From the NCBI GenBank assembly GCA_963748815.1, contig CAVVKJ010000010.1, positions 160,001 through 224,000 of the forward strand: 64,000 nucleotides of DNA. The letters run 5' to 3'. The notes beneath the pieces were generated by a model. That model was not told where the DNA came from, searched no databases, and worked only from the letters and a program-made list of their open reading frames with translations. The translations under genes were made by a program, and so were the position numbers. This stretch comes from an uncultured Gemmatimonadales bacterium. Lineage in GTDB: Bacteria; Gemmatimonadota; Gemmatimonadetes; Gemmatimonadales; GWC2-71-9. How positions within the stretch are numbered: position 1 is the first letter of the stretch; every line of letters begins with the position of its first letter. This document shows positions 63,826 through 64,000 of the stretch, one piece after another.

Positions 63826-64000
63826 AAGTCTGCTTCACTCACGCCTATTGCGGTCTTTTTCGCCTCCCGGGTCCGAGCCTGGGGGGCGACTGTGTTTGGT
63901 CTGATGTCTCGGTTGTCCGGCCGTACCTCTCCCCACGATTGCCCCTCACCGGCCGGTCCGGTTGGGCACTCGGGGCAGGGGAGGCCGGAGCTGCATTTTC

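Overview
High-GC bacterial DNA. Gemmatimonadota is my guess from gene content and style; it is not proven. The window has three parts. (1) 0.1-14.7 kb: mostly minus-strand accessory genes (peptidases, a kinase-M23-aminotransferase fusion, small enzymes). (2) About 14.7-28.9 kb: an integron-type gene-cassette array with no integrase in the window. It has eight intact ~128-bp attC sites of one family, one internally deleted copy, one 60-bp attC of another family, decayed copies at the distal end, two toxin-antitoxin cassettes and an attI-like site at the proximal end. (3) 29-64 kb: a stress/small-protein cluster, then housekeeping and metabolic genes (aceBA, rlmN, aspS-phoH-ybeY-CBS-mgtE, a methylmalonyl-CoA mutase/acyl-CoA catabolic operon, recQ). 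Many of these carry indels that look like long-read errors. The best candidates for new biology are: (a) a single ~6.0-kb cassette carrying a translationally coupled five-gene operon (signal-less PhnD-like binding protein, PLD-superfamily enzyme, small and large subunits of an FAD dehydrogenase, ferritin-like protein); (b) a sigma70-like promoter motif conserved in the loop of the attC family, which also survives in a decayed attC remnant outside the array. All function calls come from motif recognition by eye; no searches were run.
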